Shown here piece by piece: positions 6,128 to 14,334 of a stretch of DNA of 32,000 nt. The translations under genes and the position numbers were made by a program. Each line of letters opens with the position of its first letter. Position 1 is the first letter of the stretch. Under the pieces are notes generated by a model, which did not search any database, was not told the origin of the DNA, and was given only the letters and a program-made list of their open reading frames with translations. The stretch is from the NCBI RefSeq assembly GCF_000179635.2, contig NC_014833.1, forward strand, positions 3,060,001-3,092,000. The letters are read 5' to 3'. This stretch comes from Ruminococcus albus 7 = DSM 20455. Lineage in GTDB: Bacteria > Bacillota > Clostridia > Oscillospirales > Ruminococcaceae.

Positions 6128-9100
6128 ATGGATTTCCCGAAATTTGAATCGATACTGCTGCTATGTGCAGCTCCTAAAGAGGTAGCTGATGCTGCGGTTA
6201 AATGGCTGGATATTAACAAAGAGCGTGATTTTGGATTGCTCGAAAAGCTGTCCGAAATCGATAAAAGCAAAGTATTATTTTACAAAATCGATTTTTATGA
6301 ATATGTCAAACAAGAGATAATGCCTAACATCTGCGATGAACTATATCAGCGCTACATGATAATGGCATATAAGCTTCTTGACGCTTCTGCATACTGTCTT
6401 ATCAGTTTTTTACGTTATGAAGAATGGAAGCATATAAAAGAACTTTTCAGCAGAGAGATGGAAAATATATATGGTGATGAAGCGCCTGCGCGTATGTTGT
6501 CGGTTGACTGTGATGCATTTATAACATCAAGTCGTTATTTCAATATGCCTGATGATCCCGAACTTATACTTAAAGCAGCTGAGCTTACATCTGAGAAGCA
6601 CATGATAACAAAAGCATATCTTGCCGCAGCTGCCCTCGACCATATGTCTCTGCCGGATGACGGAAAACTTTCCAAAAAAGCAGAGATCGCAGTAACGATT
6701 ATTAAAAATGCTGTAAACAACAGTATAGAAAAAGATAACATATTTCTCCTTAATGCACTGGCAAATGCATCGTATTTTGATGAGGTTATAAAAGCGCATT
6801 TTGAAGAATATGCGGCAGCTAACGCCGAAGAACTCTGCAGCCTCATATCTCGTGGATCAACAGACATCGAGCGCGCAGCCGATGCATTGTTTGCTGTTGA
6901 AGGTACTTTCAGCAGAGATGTCCTATTCCAGTTGATGCGCTATGGTATAAATGAAAAACTGATGATCTCTGCTGCAAAAATGCAGACAGAGACTTTCAAA
7001 AAGCTTATTTTATGTAGAAAGAACACAACCGATCTTGTGAAAATGAATAGTGCACTGAAAACTGTAAGTCCTGATGAAGCTCTTAGTGATGACGCCATAA
7101 AAAATATATCCGATGACAAGATAATTGATGGAGTAGCTTCGTGCTACAAGGACGTTGAAAAAATAAAAGCATTCCTTAAAGATGAGATATCCTTTGATGA
7201 GGTATATCCGGCAATTAAAAGCACAAAACTGGAGTACACATCACCTTTGAAATCTAACTATATTCCAGTATACGGCATAGATGACTTTATACTGCGCTGT
7301 GTTGTCGTGCTGGGCGGAAGTGTGGGCAGATACAGTCATCATCTTAAAGAAATCACAGGTTTTTCAGATAACGATATACCGAGCCTGATAAACTGGTTTA
7401 ATTCACATGATGCAGATATGGCAAAAGCTCTGGATATATGCGGCGGGATAATTGATAATTGCTATTATCCCGAGGACCGAATAAAATTATTTGCTGATGC
7501 TTTATCGGAACGTACTGATGATATCGCAGCAGCAGATCTCTCAAAGTGTAATACAGTCGCAAAGTTCATTGCACTGAAACTTTTCGGGAATAATGAAACC
7601 AAATACCACAAAAGCATAATCGCCCTTGCAGGTGATACTTCAAAAGTTATACGTGATATCGTAATGGAAATAGTTATGCGTCACCCCGACTGGAACGATG
7701 ATATAAAAGTGCTGCTCACGTCAAAAAAATCATCGGCAAGAGAATTTGCTCTCAATGTGATCGAAAGACATGGTGCAAAGGCTTATATACAGGAGCTCAG
7801 AAAAGCTCTTGAAGCTGAAAAGACAGATAAACTGAAAGCTCGTATAGGCAGTATGCTCGCGGTGGTATCGGAAAACTTGGTCGTTGAAGATAAGGTCTCC
7901 GCCGAAGATACAGTAAAGGAAATGACCAAGGGCAAAAAGGCATCGAAGCTTGACTGGCTGTTCAAGGAGCCATTTTCACCTGTTCACATGAAAGATGGTT
8001 CGGTGGCAGATGAAAGCTATCTCAGGGCACTGATGCTCTGTTTTGCGAATTCGGTTGGTCTGAAAGATCCGAAAGCGGATATCATCACCGCTGAACTTGA
8101 TGAAAAAGATGTATGCAGATTGGCAAATGAGGTACTGGTGAGATGGCTTCAAACTTCTCCCGAAGTCAAATCTGAGTCGCTGGAGTTTTTTGAAGAGTTT
8201 ACGGGATTGGAAACTCTTGGTGCGCAGGCAAAATACAAATGGGTTCTGTACTTTGCGAGCGTATACGGCGGCAAAGAAGCACTTGAGGTGTTTGAAGATC
8301 TAATGTCCACATGGCCGCTGTGGCAGAAAGGCGCACTTGCAAAAGAGATACCCCATGCCATAGTTCTTAACGGCAGCAGCAGTTATATAATGTTGGTGGA
8401 AAAGATGTCCCGCAAACACAGATTCAACTCCATACGCAAAGCATCGGCAGATGCCCTGTTATGTGCTTCTGAGAAACTTGGTATAAGCAAAGAGGAATTT
8501 GCTGACCGCATGATCCCCGACCTTGATTTCGATAAAAATATGTGCAGGACTTTCGACTACGGCAGCAGACGGTTCGATGTATATATCACCCCTAAGCTGG
8601 AGCCCGAGATATACTGCGACGGCAAGAAACTGAAGACAATGCCCAAGCCAAGCGCAGATGAAGGAACTAAAGCAGCAGAGGTGTACAAGGAATTCACGGC
8701 GATGAAAAAGCTGATGAAGAATATCGTTGATGCGCAGAGAGTTCGTCTTGAAAACACTCTGCTTACCGCAAGAAACTGGACAGCGGAAAACTGGAAACAG
8801 ATATTTATGAAAAATCCCATAATGCACTGCTTTGCCATCGGTCTTATCTGGGGCGTATACAAGGACGGCAGGCTTGAAAGCAGTTTCAGATATCTTGATG
8901 ACGGCAGTTTGACAACTGTTGATGATGAGGAATTCACCTTAGCTGAGAACTCGGTCATCGGGCTTGTTCACCCTGTTGAACTCAGCGAAGAGGAATTGGA
9001 AAAATGGAAGCAGCAGCTGAAAGATTATGAGATAGCTCAGCCGTTTATACAGCTTGGCAGAGGTATATCCAGACCCACCGAAGAAGAAAAGGAGCAAAAC

Positions 9101-9433
9101 TTCATCGGACGTTTCAAGGGTAATGTTATCAAAAGCAGAGAATTTGTCTCGGCTATGAACAAGATCGGCTGGAGCAAGGGTAAAGTCGGAGACGGCGCAA
9201 TATTCGATGATTTTGTCAGAGAAGAGATTTTCAGCCGTAATGATGGTATCAGGGCGAGCCTTTTGCATTCGGGCATTCCCATTGAGGTATTCAGAGAAAA
9301 AGAGACTGACATCACGGTGGGTAAGCTGATATTTGAAACACTCCCGAAACAGGAATCCATAAAGATCGGTGATCTCAGCGACAGATATTTCAGCGAGATC
9401 ATGTACCAGCTGGGTAAAATATTTGCAGATTAA
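6128..9433 (+). CDS. Large helical-repeat protein with C-terminal DUF4132 (MolR/YehI-like) domain, 1101 aa
   Basis: ATG 6128 is preferred over the track start 6119 (RBS GAAAGGAA at 6111-6118). The C-terminal ~330 aa (DFDKNMCRTFDYGSRRFDVYITPKLEPEIYCDGKKLKTMPKP..QRVRLENTLLTARNWTAENWKQIFMKNPIMHCFAIGLIWGVY..VHPVELSEEELEKWKQQLKDYEIAQPFIQLGR) follows the DUF4132 pattern as I remember it. The N-terminal ~750 aa looks like HEAT-type helical repeats. Confidence 0.75.
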   Translation: MDFPKFESILLLCAAPKEVADAAVKWLDINKERDFGLLEKLSEIDKSKVLFYKIDFYEYVKQEIMPNICDELYQRYMIMAYKLLDASAYCLISFLRYEEWKHIKELFSREMENIYGDEAPARMLSVDCDAFITSSRYFNMPDDPELILKAAELTSEKHMITKAYLAAAALDHMSLPDDGKLSKKAEIAVTIIKNAVNNSIEKDNIFLLNALANASYFDEVIKAHFEEYAAANAEELCSLISRGSTDIERAADALFAVEGTFSRDVLFQLMRYGINEKLMISAAKMQTETFKKLILCRKNTTDLVKMNSALKTVSPDEALSDDAIKNISDDKIIDGVASCYKDVEKIKAFLKDEISFDEVYPAIKSTKLEYTSPLKSNYIPVYGIDDFILRCVVVLGGSVGRYSHHLKEITGFSDNDIPSLINWFNSHDADMAKALDICGGIIDNCYYPEDRIKLFADALSERTDDIAAADLSKCNTVAKFIALKLFGNNETKYHKSIIALAGDTSKVIRDIVMEIVMRHPDWNDDIKVLLTSKKSSAREFALNVIERHGAKAYIQELRKALEAEKTDKLKARIGSMLAVVSENLVVEDKVSAEDTVKEMTKGKKASKLDWLFKEPFSPVHMKDGSVADESYLRALMLCFANSVGLKDPKADIITAELDEKDVCRLANEVLVRWLQTSPEVKSESLEFFEEFTGLETLGAQAKYKWVLYFASVYGGKEALEVFEDLMSTWPLWQKGALAKEIPHAIVLNGSSSYIMLVEKMSRKHRFNSIRKASADALLCASEKLGISKEEFADRMIPDLDFDKNMCRTFDYGSRRFDVYITPKLEPEIYCDGKKLKTMPKPSADEGTKAAEVYKEFTAMKKLMKNIVDAQRVRLENTLLTARNWTAENWKQIFMKNPIMHCFAIGLIWGVYKDGRLESSFRYLDDGSLTTVDDEEFTLAENSVIGLVHPVELSEEELEKWKQQLKDYEIAQPFIQLGRGISRPTEEEKEQNFIGRFKGNVIKSREFVSAMNKIGWSKGKVGDGAIFDDFVREEIFSRNDGIRASLLHSGIPIEVFREKETDITVGKLIFETLPKQESIKIGDLSDRYFSEIMYQLGKIFAD

Positions 9434-9522
9434 AACAACGTATAGATATTTTGGATATAGATCAATCGGCAAACCATGCAAGATCCTTCCGTATTATCGT
9501 GAAGTAATATCGGAGTGAGAAC

Positions 9523-9822
9523 ATGATCGCATTGGAAACTATTAAATGCTTTGATAGTAAAGGAAAAATTCATTCTGAAGACGCGATGATTGAATACTTA
9601 AAAAATAATATTAGTGGTGAAAATGTAAAAAGAATATATAGTGAAAGAGAACCGTGTGTTCGTACCGAAACTAATCCAGATAATGATTGCGCACACCATA
9701 TTAATGATTATGCACCTGATGCCGAGGTTACTTACTCCTATGATTATGGAATAAAGGCGGAAGAAGGAAGGACTGCAAGGCTAGCCCTTAAAGAATTTTT
9801 GCGAGGTGTATTTGGCAAATGA
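9523..9822 (+). CDS. Stand-alone deaminase-fold (polymorphic-toxin-type nucleic-acid deaminase) domain protein, 99 aa
   Basis: RBS GGAGTGAG, with an in-frame stop 18 nt upstream. H17-S-E19 (KIHSEDAMIEYL) is followed ~25 residues later by E-P-C45 ... C56 (SEREPCVRTETNPDNDCAHHI) and then AEVTYSY. This order and spacing match the HxE / PC..C zinc motifs of toxin deaminases. Confidence 0.5.
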   Translation: MIALETIKCFDSKGKIHSEDAMIEYLKNNISGENVKRIYSEREPCVRTETNPDNDCAHHINDYAPDAEVTYSYDYGIKAEEGRTARLALKEFLRGVFGK

Positions 9823-10382
9823 GAAATGCTTTAATTAATTATTTTAACCGTACTTCATCAAATGAACAGTGGTGGAGTAAAGATGATCTTGATAAATTCG
9901 GAAAAGAATTTTACCCGTTCTTAAATAAAAAAATATATCTCATTGAAAGACGAGATAAAACGGATTTCACAATTTTAAAAAACAGATTCGGTTATGATAT
10001 TCCAAATGATATACAAGAATATATTAACTTGTTTTGGCACCCATATATCAAAGGCTTTTATAAGGAAGATGAGTGCATTATTCTGTTCCCAGTAATTAAA
10101 TATGATAATGAATCATGTGATGATGTACTTTATCATGAAAATGGCTTGATCAAGTTGGCTGATGAATGGGAATCTGTGTTTGAAGGAAATATACAGGAAT
10201 TTCTTCCTATAGGGTGGTTAGTCTATACAGGAAGATATGTTTTATATGAGATTAAAACAGGTAAAATTTATATAGAAAAGTATGGTTGTGAAGGTGTACC
10301 ATCTGAACGACCTATATCTAATTCTTTTACAGAATTGATAAATAATTTAAATATCGATAGTAGTATGAACGAATTAAATTGA
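9819..10382 (+). CDS. Syd-like / SUKH-superfamily immunity protein
   Basis: The ATG overlaps the deaminase stop (ATGA). DIQEYINLFWHPYIKGFYKEDECIILFPV...IQEFLPIGWLVYTGRYVLYEIKTGKIYIEKYG...RPISNSFTELINNL parallels the motif order of SecY-interacting protein Syd and SMI1/KNR4-type immunity proteins. Confidence 0.6.
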   Translation: MRNALINYFNRTSSNEQWWSKDDLDKFGKEFYPFLNKKIYLIERRDKTDFTILKNRFGYDIPNDIQEYINLFWHPYIKGFYKEDECIILFPVIKYDNESCDDVLYHENGLIKLADEWESVFEGNIQEFLPIGWLVYTGRYVLYEIKTGKIYIEKYGCEGVPSERPISNSFTELINNLNIDSSMNELN

Positions 10383-10404
10383 AACAGTAAAATAGGAGGA
10401 AATC

Positions 10405-10848
10405 ATGTATAAGATTGAGTCTGCTCAGAAAGAGCTTTGTGAGTACCTTATTAGTATTATGCCGGTTGAGTGGAAGAGAATTTGCTACTACTCAGAATGC
10501 ACTACGGGAAGTCGCACTTCATGGATAGCGTTGATCGAGGAAAAGACAGGAAGGATTTGTACGCAGGAAGCCTTTTGGAAAAGATATACTTCCTATCCGT
10601 ATGACGAAATGAAGGCTTATGTCATGCTTAACAAACTCACCCGTAATCTTTATAATGCTTATTTGGAGAAGTTTGGTGAGGATAAGATTTGGTGTACCTA
10701 CTACTTGACCATTGAAAGCGACTATACGTTTCACGTTGATTTTGGTTATGAAATGCCTGAAGGCGATATCGTAGAACAGCATGATGCTGTTTTTGAAAAG
10801 TTTTTTAATACTAAATATGAGTATCTTGAGGGTAAATATCCATATTGA
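10405..10848 (+). CDS. YezG/DUF600-like immunity protein
   Basis: RBS AGGAGGAA. MPVEWKRICYYSE...WCTYYLTIESDYTFHVDFGYEMPEGD...FEKFF matches the pattern of YezG-family antitoxins of LXG toxins (..mPeeW..i..yaE.., ..W..l.ltle..gkF.vdf.Ye..). Confidence 0.6.
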   Translation: MYKIESAQKELCEYLISIMPVEWKRICYYSECTTGSRTSWIALIEEKTGRICTQEAFWKRYTSYPYDEMKAYVMLNKLTRNLYNAYLEKFGEDKIWCTYYLTIESDYTFHVDFGYEMPEGDIVEQHDAVFEKFFNTKYEYLEGKYPY

Positions 10849-10929
10849 TACAGCATAAGTATCTGGTATTGAAGATCAACTTTGAATATGCTTCGGAAGT
10901 AGCATATTCCTAAAATAGTAGGAGAACTT

Positions 10930-11469
10930 ATGAATAATAACTACAAAAACCAATTCGTCAACATAAAACAACAAAAACTAGATAAAGAGAGAACTGCGTT
11001 CAGTAACTGTCGTTTGGATATGACCGATGTCAGCTTTGAAATAGGAAAAAGCAGTTATACTGCGAAGCTTTTCGGTTTTATCGTTTTATTTGCCATTTTC
11101 TTTGGAGGACGAATACTTGCAAGGCAATATGTAGGAAATCCGAATATGACATTCTCGGTGGGAGATATTATATTCTGGTGCTGTATAGGAATGATCGCCA
11201 TACTCGTCATTGTAACTTTCATCCATGAGAAAAACAAGCCCACTATATCTGTTTTGGGTAAAAAAATATTTTATAACGGAAACTGTTGGACAAGCGATGA
11301 TATTTCATTTGTCAGGTGTACGAAGTGGTTTGAGCGGGTCGAGGTTTACTCAAACGGTAAGAAAGTATTGACTTTCCCATGGGAATTGGATAATTCCGAG
11401 CTATTTATTGCTTGGGTCAACAAATGCGGGATAACATTTGAAGATCATCGTATGAAGGCTTTTCAATAA
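10930..11469 (+). CDS. Two-TM membrane protein with a cytoplasmic C-terminal domain, unknown function
   Basis: RBS TAGGAGAA. Hydrophobic segments are AKLFGFIVLFAIFFGGRILA and VGDIIFWCCIGMIAILVIVTFIH. It is part of the A+T-rich immunity-gene run. Confidence 0.6.
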   Translation: MNNNYKNQFVNIKQQKLDKERTAFSNCRLDMTDVSFEIGKSSYTAKLFGFIVLFAIFFGGRILARQYVGNPNMTFSVGDIIFWCCIGMIAILVIVTFIHEKNKPTISVLGKKIFYNGNCWTSDDISFVRCTKWFERVEVYSNGKKVLTFPWELDNSELFIAWVNKCGITFEDHRMKAFQ

Positions 11470-11576
11470 TCTAATAATAGTTGGCATTATTGCGACTATT
11501 CAAATTATACGATATAACAGATAATGGTGGAGATTTTGATATTATTCCAAAATCATAATTTTGATGGTGATACATT

Positions 11577-12380
11577 ATGAAAAAAACAATCCTAGTCATT
11601 ATAATGATAATAGCTATTACTGCAACAATTGTTTGTTGTATATTTTTTAACACCCACACAATTATAGGTAAAAAAGTTTATGACAACAAATCAACACGGT
11701 TAACTATCGATAAATTAACGCTTTACGATGATTTTGATAAGCTCAAACGACTTTCAAAATTAAAAGAGTTAATTTTTTCCAGAGATGATGTGACGAATAT
11801 TGATTTCCTTACAGAATTAAATGACTTGGATTATTTGTATCTAGAAACCCCTAATGTCACCGATTTTAAGCCGATTTCAAGCTGCGAAAAACTTAGCATT
11901 TTATCTACTTTTCGAACAAGTTTTTCCGATCTGAGTTTTCTATATAATAATCACAAACTAAAAAAACTTAAAATAATAAGCGATGACTTAGTATCACTTA
12001 ATGGACTGGAAGAACTCTATGAGCTCGAAGACCTGACTTCTTTTGCACCACATCTGAACGATATATCTGCACTAAAAGAAGCAAAACAAATCAAAAAAAT
12101 CATAATAACCACAAATGAAAATATTGATTTACAGTGTATATCCTGCTGTACTGATCTTATTGAACTAAGTTTGCATGGAGTGAAAAATTTAAGTACACTT
12201 TCAGTTGATGGTCTTGATAATTTACATCAGATAAATATAGCACATACTGATTTTACAAACTTTGAATCGTTGCTAAACCTCAAAAGTTTGAAAAAAGTGA
12301 TTGTATCAAATGGTCAGCTAAATGATGAAATAACAGGAGCACTTGAAGAAAAAGGGGTCAGCATAGAATACGTAGAATAA
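11577..12380 (+). CDS. Leucine-rich-repeat protein with an N-terminal membrane anchor or signal
   Basis: N-terminal TM is ILVIIMIIAITATIVCCIFF. It is followed by ~22-aa LRR units (LKELIFSRDDVTNIDFLTELNDLDYLYLE..., LKKLKIISDDLVSLNGLEELYELEDL...). Confidence 0.75.
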   Translation: MKKTILVIIMIIAITATIVCCIFFNTHTIIGKKVYDNKSTRLTIDKLTLYDDFDKLKRLSKLKELIFSRDDVTNIDFLTELNDLDYLYLETPNVTDFKPISSCEKLSILSTFRTSFSDLSFLYNNHKLKKLKIISDDLVSLNGLEELYELEDLTSFAPHLNDISALKEAKQIKKIIITTNENIDLQCISCCTDLIELSLHGVKNLSTLSVDGLDNLHQINIAHTDFTNFESLLNLKSLKKVIVSNGQLNDEITGALEEKGVSIEYVE

Positions 12381-12416
12381 TCTGATCAATGACCAATGAA
12401 CCACCAACACAACAAA

Positions 12417-12454
12417 AGCTCAGCGATATATTTGTCGCTGGGCTTTTGTGTTTT
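12417..12454 (+). terminator. Rho-independent terminator after the LRR gene
   Basis: Stem AGCTCAGCGA (12417-12426) / TCGCTGGGCT (12435-12444) with one G-U pair, followed by TTTGTGTTTT. Confidence 0.6.
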
Positions 12455-12479
12455 CTATCGGATAAGGATCGTGGTCTCC

Positions 12480-12707
12480 TTACTGGACCTTATTTGGACT
12501 TCGTTTCTGCCAAAGACTGCTTTAGACCACTTCAAATCACTTGAAACGCAGACCTCAGAAACGTCGCAACATCGTCGCCACCGTGGTCAGGTCAACTCCT
12601 GCTTCGATCTCAACCGATGCGAAGAAATGCCTGAAGCTGTGAAGTCCATAGAATGGGAAATTCCTGCGTTCACACTCCCGCATCATCCATTCGGTATCGA
12701 ATCCACA
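12480..12707 (-). pseudogene. Tyrosine recombinase C-terminal fragment (decayed)
   Basis: The minus-strand frame reads CGFDTEWMMRECERRNFPFYGLHSFRHFFASVEIEAGVDLTTVATMLRRF-stop (stop at 12555-12557). This matches the HxLRH..a....G.d...v...LGH box of tyrosine recombinases, but it is bounded by stops on both sides and the LGH..Y end is scrambled. Confidence 0.55.
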
Positions 12708-12910
12708 TCATACAAAGCGGCAAGAGCGAAGCTCATGTCTATCAAGAATGATGTAATCAAGGGTTTTAAGGCTTTCGGAGTCGAAGCGGAACTGCTTGAC
12801 GGCAAGTCCACAAGCTACACATCTAAGGGCAAAAAGACGATCGTCCGTCCTGAGATCCTGGAAAATCCGTACAATGGCAAGGTTTACTATCAGTGGAAAA
12901 CGGAGAGTGG

Positions 12911-12942
12911 TAAATAAAAAACAGCAAGGGTGTCCTTGCTGT
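12911..12942 (-). terminator. Rho-independent terminator for the isochorismatase-family gene
   Basis: Stem ACAGCAAGG (12921-12929) / CCTTGCTGT (12934-12942) with loop GTGT. On the minus strand it is followed by TTTTTTATTTA; on + only by TTTGGGG. Confidence 0.65.
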
Positions 12943-13067
12943 TTGGGGATAGCTTTACAAATTAGAATTTGTGTAGTTGGCGTTGGTGATATGTTTACTA
13001 TCAGACAGTACAATCGCCCCTGCGCAAGGCGTTCCGGGCACTGTGCCTGTCCGGTTATGCAGATCAG

Positions 13068-13601
13068 TCAGGATTTCTCATCCATCATCAAGCCGATTGC
13101 TTCATCAAATGAAATGCACTTGGCATATCTTCCATTCCATATGAATTCATTGTAGTACTTGTATGTCATTTCAGAATCCATGAACCGATTATCAAATGTA
13201 CTGTTCGTGTTTTCTGGCACAATCATTTCAAAGCCGTGTTCAAATCCGCTTTTAATCGTGGCATCAATGCAATACTCTGTTTGCAGTCCGATAATCACAA
13301 TGCTTTTTTCATTTTTTCGCTTCAAATATTCTGACAGGCCGGTATTGATAAAAGCACTGTTTACGTATTTATCAAAAATAGCCTCATTGTCAGCAGGGGT
13401 AAAATCAGCATATATTTCGTAGCCATCCTTTCCTCTTGTCAGCTCGCTGTCTGAACCGTCATCATGTCTTACGTAAATGACTTCAACATGATTCTTCCGG
13501 GCAGTATCAATCAGCTTTTTCACACTGGAAACAAACAGCTCAAACTGATACAGTCTGTTGTTTACGATCGCTTTTTGCGTATCAACAACCAAAAGCACCA
13601 C
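13068..13601 (-). CDS. Isochorismatase-family cysteine hydrolase
   Basis: Track ORF 13068..13817 trimmed to GTG 13601 (RBS AGGAG 8 nt upstream, in frame). VLLVVDTQKAIV...VEVIYVRHDD...IFDKYVNSAFINTGLSEYLKRKNEKSIVIIGLQTEYCIDATIKSGFEHGFEMIV carries the D, K and C (EYC) catalytic-triad contexts of the family. Confidence 0.8.
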   Translation of the reverse strand: MVLLVVDTQKAIVNNRLYQFELFVSSVKKLIDTARKNHVEVIYVRHDDGSDSELTRGKDGYEIYADFTPADNEAIFDKYVNSAFINTGLSEYLKRKNEKSIVIIGLQTEYCIDATIKSGFEHGFEMIVPENTNSTFDNRFMDSEMTYKYYNEFIWNGRYAKCISFDEAIGLMMDEKS

Positions 13602-13649
13602 AAAACCATCTCCTAAATTCCGATTTGTAGGGCAGTCAACCCGCCCATT

Positions 13650-14306
13650 ACTCACCCTTATTATACCAAACCGCCCCGAAAAAGTCAATCGCTTGCGGTG
13701 CTGAATCCAGAAAGGAGTGTTCATTATGAACAGTAACCAGCTTGCGGAAGTCGCAAAGTCAACGGGTATCACCATTGAACAGATCGCTGTCTGCCGCTTT
13801 GCACAGATGATGAACAAGAACTATGCTGATGCCAAGCGTTTCTGCAAGAGATTTCAGCGGTAGAAGTTCAGCATAATCGCTGCCATAGCTACTGTCCGTT
13901 TCGCTCCGTACCATCTGCAACGTATCGATGACCACCAACCGCAGGTCATCATGTTCAGACTTGAACTTTACTATCTGTTCTTCTCGCTGATGGTGTCTGC
14001 TTTCAGCGAGAAGAACAGCTTCTCCGATGGCTCATCGGTCAGTTCATACAGCCTGGATTGTATTCTCTGCCAGCTGTCCTCGAGACAAAAATACAGCGCC
14101 AAGCCTTGTCGTGTCGAACGATCAAGCAACTTTTCTCCTTTCGATATTGCAAGACATAGCTCAAGCGCAAGCTACGATTTCCCCACCTTTGGTGAGCCTG
14201 CAAGAATGTACAGTCCCTGCGTGATGAGTCCTTCTACTGCGAACACAGTCGGCTTGTAAAGCGTGGTCATGATCTCTTCGAACGTTTTGGTTTTCAGTTC
14301 TCTCAA
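13650..14306 (-). pseudogene. RepA-like AAA ATPase of a mobile element, inactivated
   Basis: RBS AAAGGAGG plus TTG 14306 gives LRELKTKTFEEIMTTLYKPTVFAVEGLITQGLYILAGSPKVGKS, then TAG (14172-14174) where family members have W. It continues LALELCLAISKGEKLLDRSTRQGLALYFCLEDSWQRIQSRL. After further stops and a frameshift it reads ..DDLRLVVIDTLQMVRSE.. and DYAELLPLKSLAETLGISIVLVHHLCKAADSD. The 3' limit is approximate. Confidence 0.6.
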
Positions 14307-14334
14307 TATATCGACCTCCTTTTCACTTGTATAC

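Noticed and set aside
12396-12917. 173-aa + strand ORF downstream of the LRR gene
   Set aside because: Its 5' part runs through the LRR-gene terminator hairpin. Its middle is antisense to the recombinase fragment (12558-12707). Only the last ~60 codons (ATG 12735 onward, weak RBS) might be a real small ORF, and I could not support that.
13602-13817. N-terminal 72-codon extension of the track ORF 13068..13817
   Set aside because: The extension has no isochorismatase similarity and reads through decayed ATPase sequence. An in-frame GTG at 13601 with an AGGAG RBS sits just before the conserved VLLVVDTQ start of the family.
13726-13863. 45-aa + strand ORF (MNSNQLAEVAKSTGITIEQIAVCRF...) with a good RBS (AAAGGAG)
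   Set aside because: The opposite strand here reads DYAELLPLKSLAETLGISIVLVHHLCKAADSD, which continues the RepA-like ATPase pseudogene. So the + ORF is most likely a chance antisense frame. I cannot fully exclude it.
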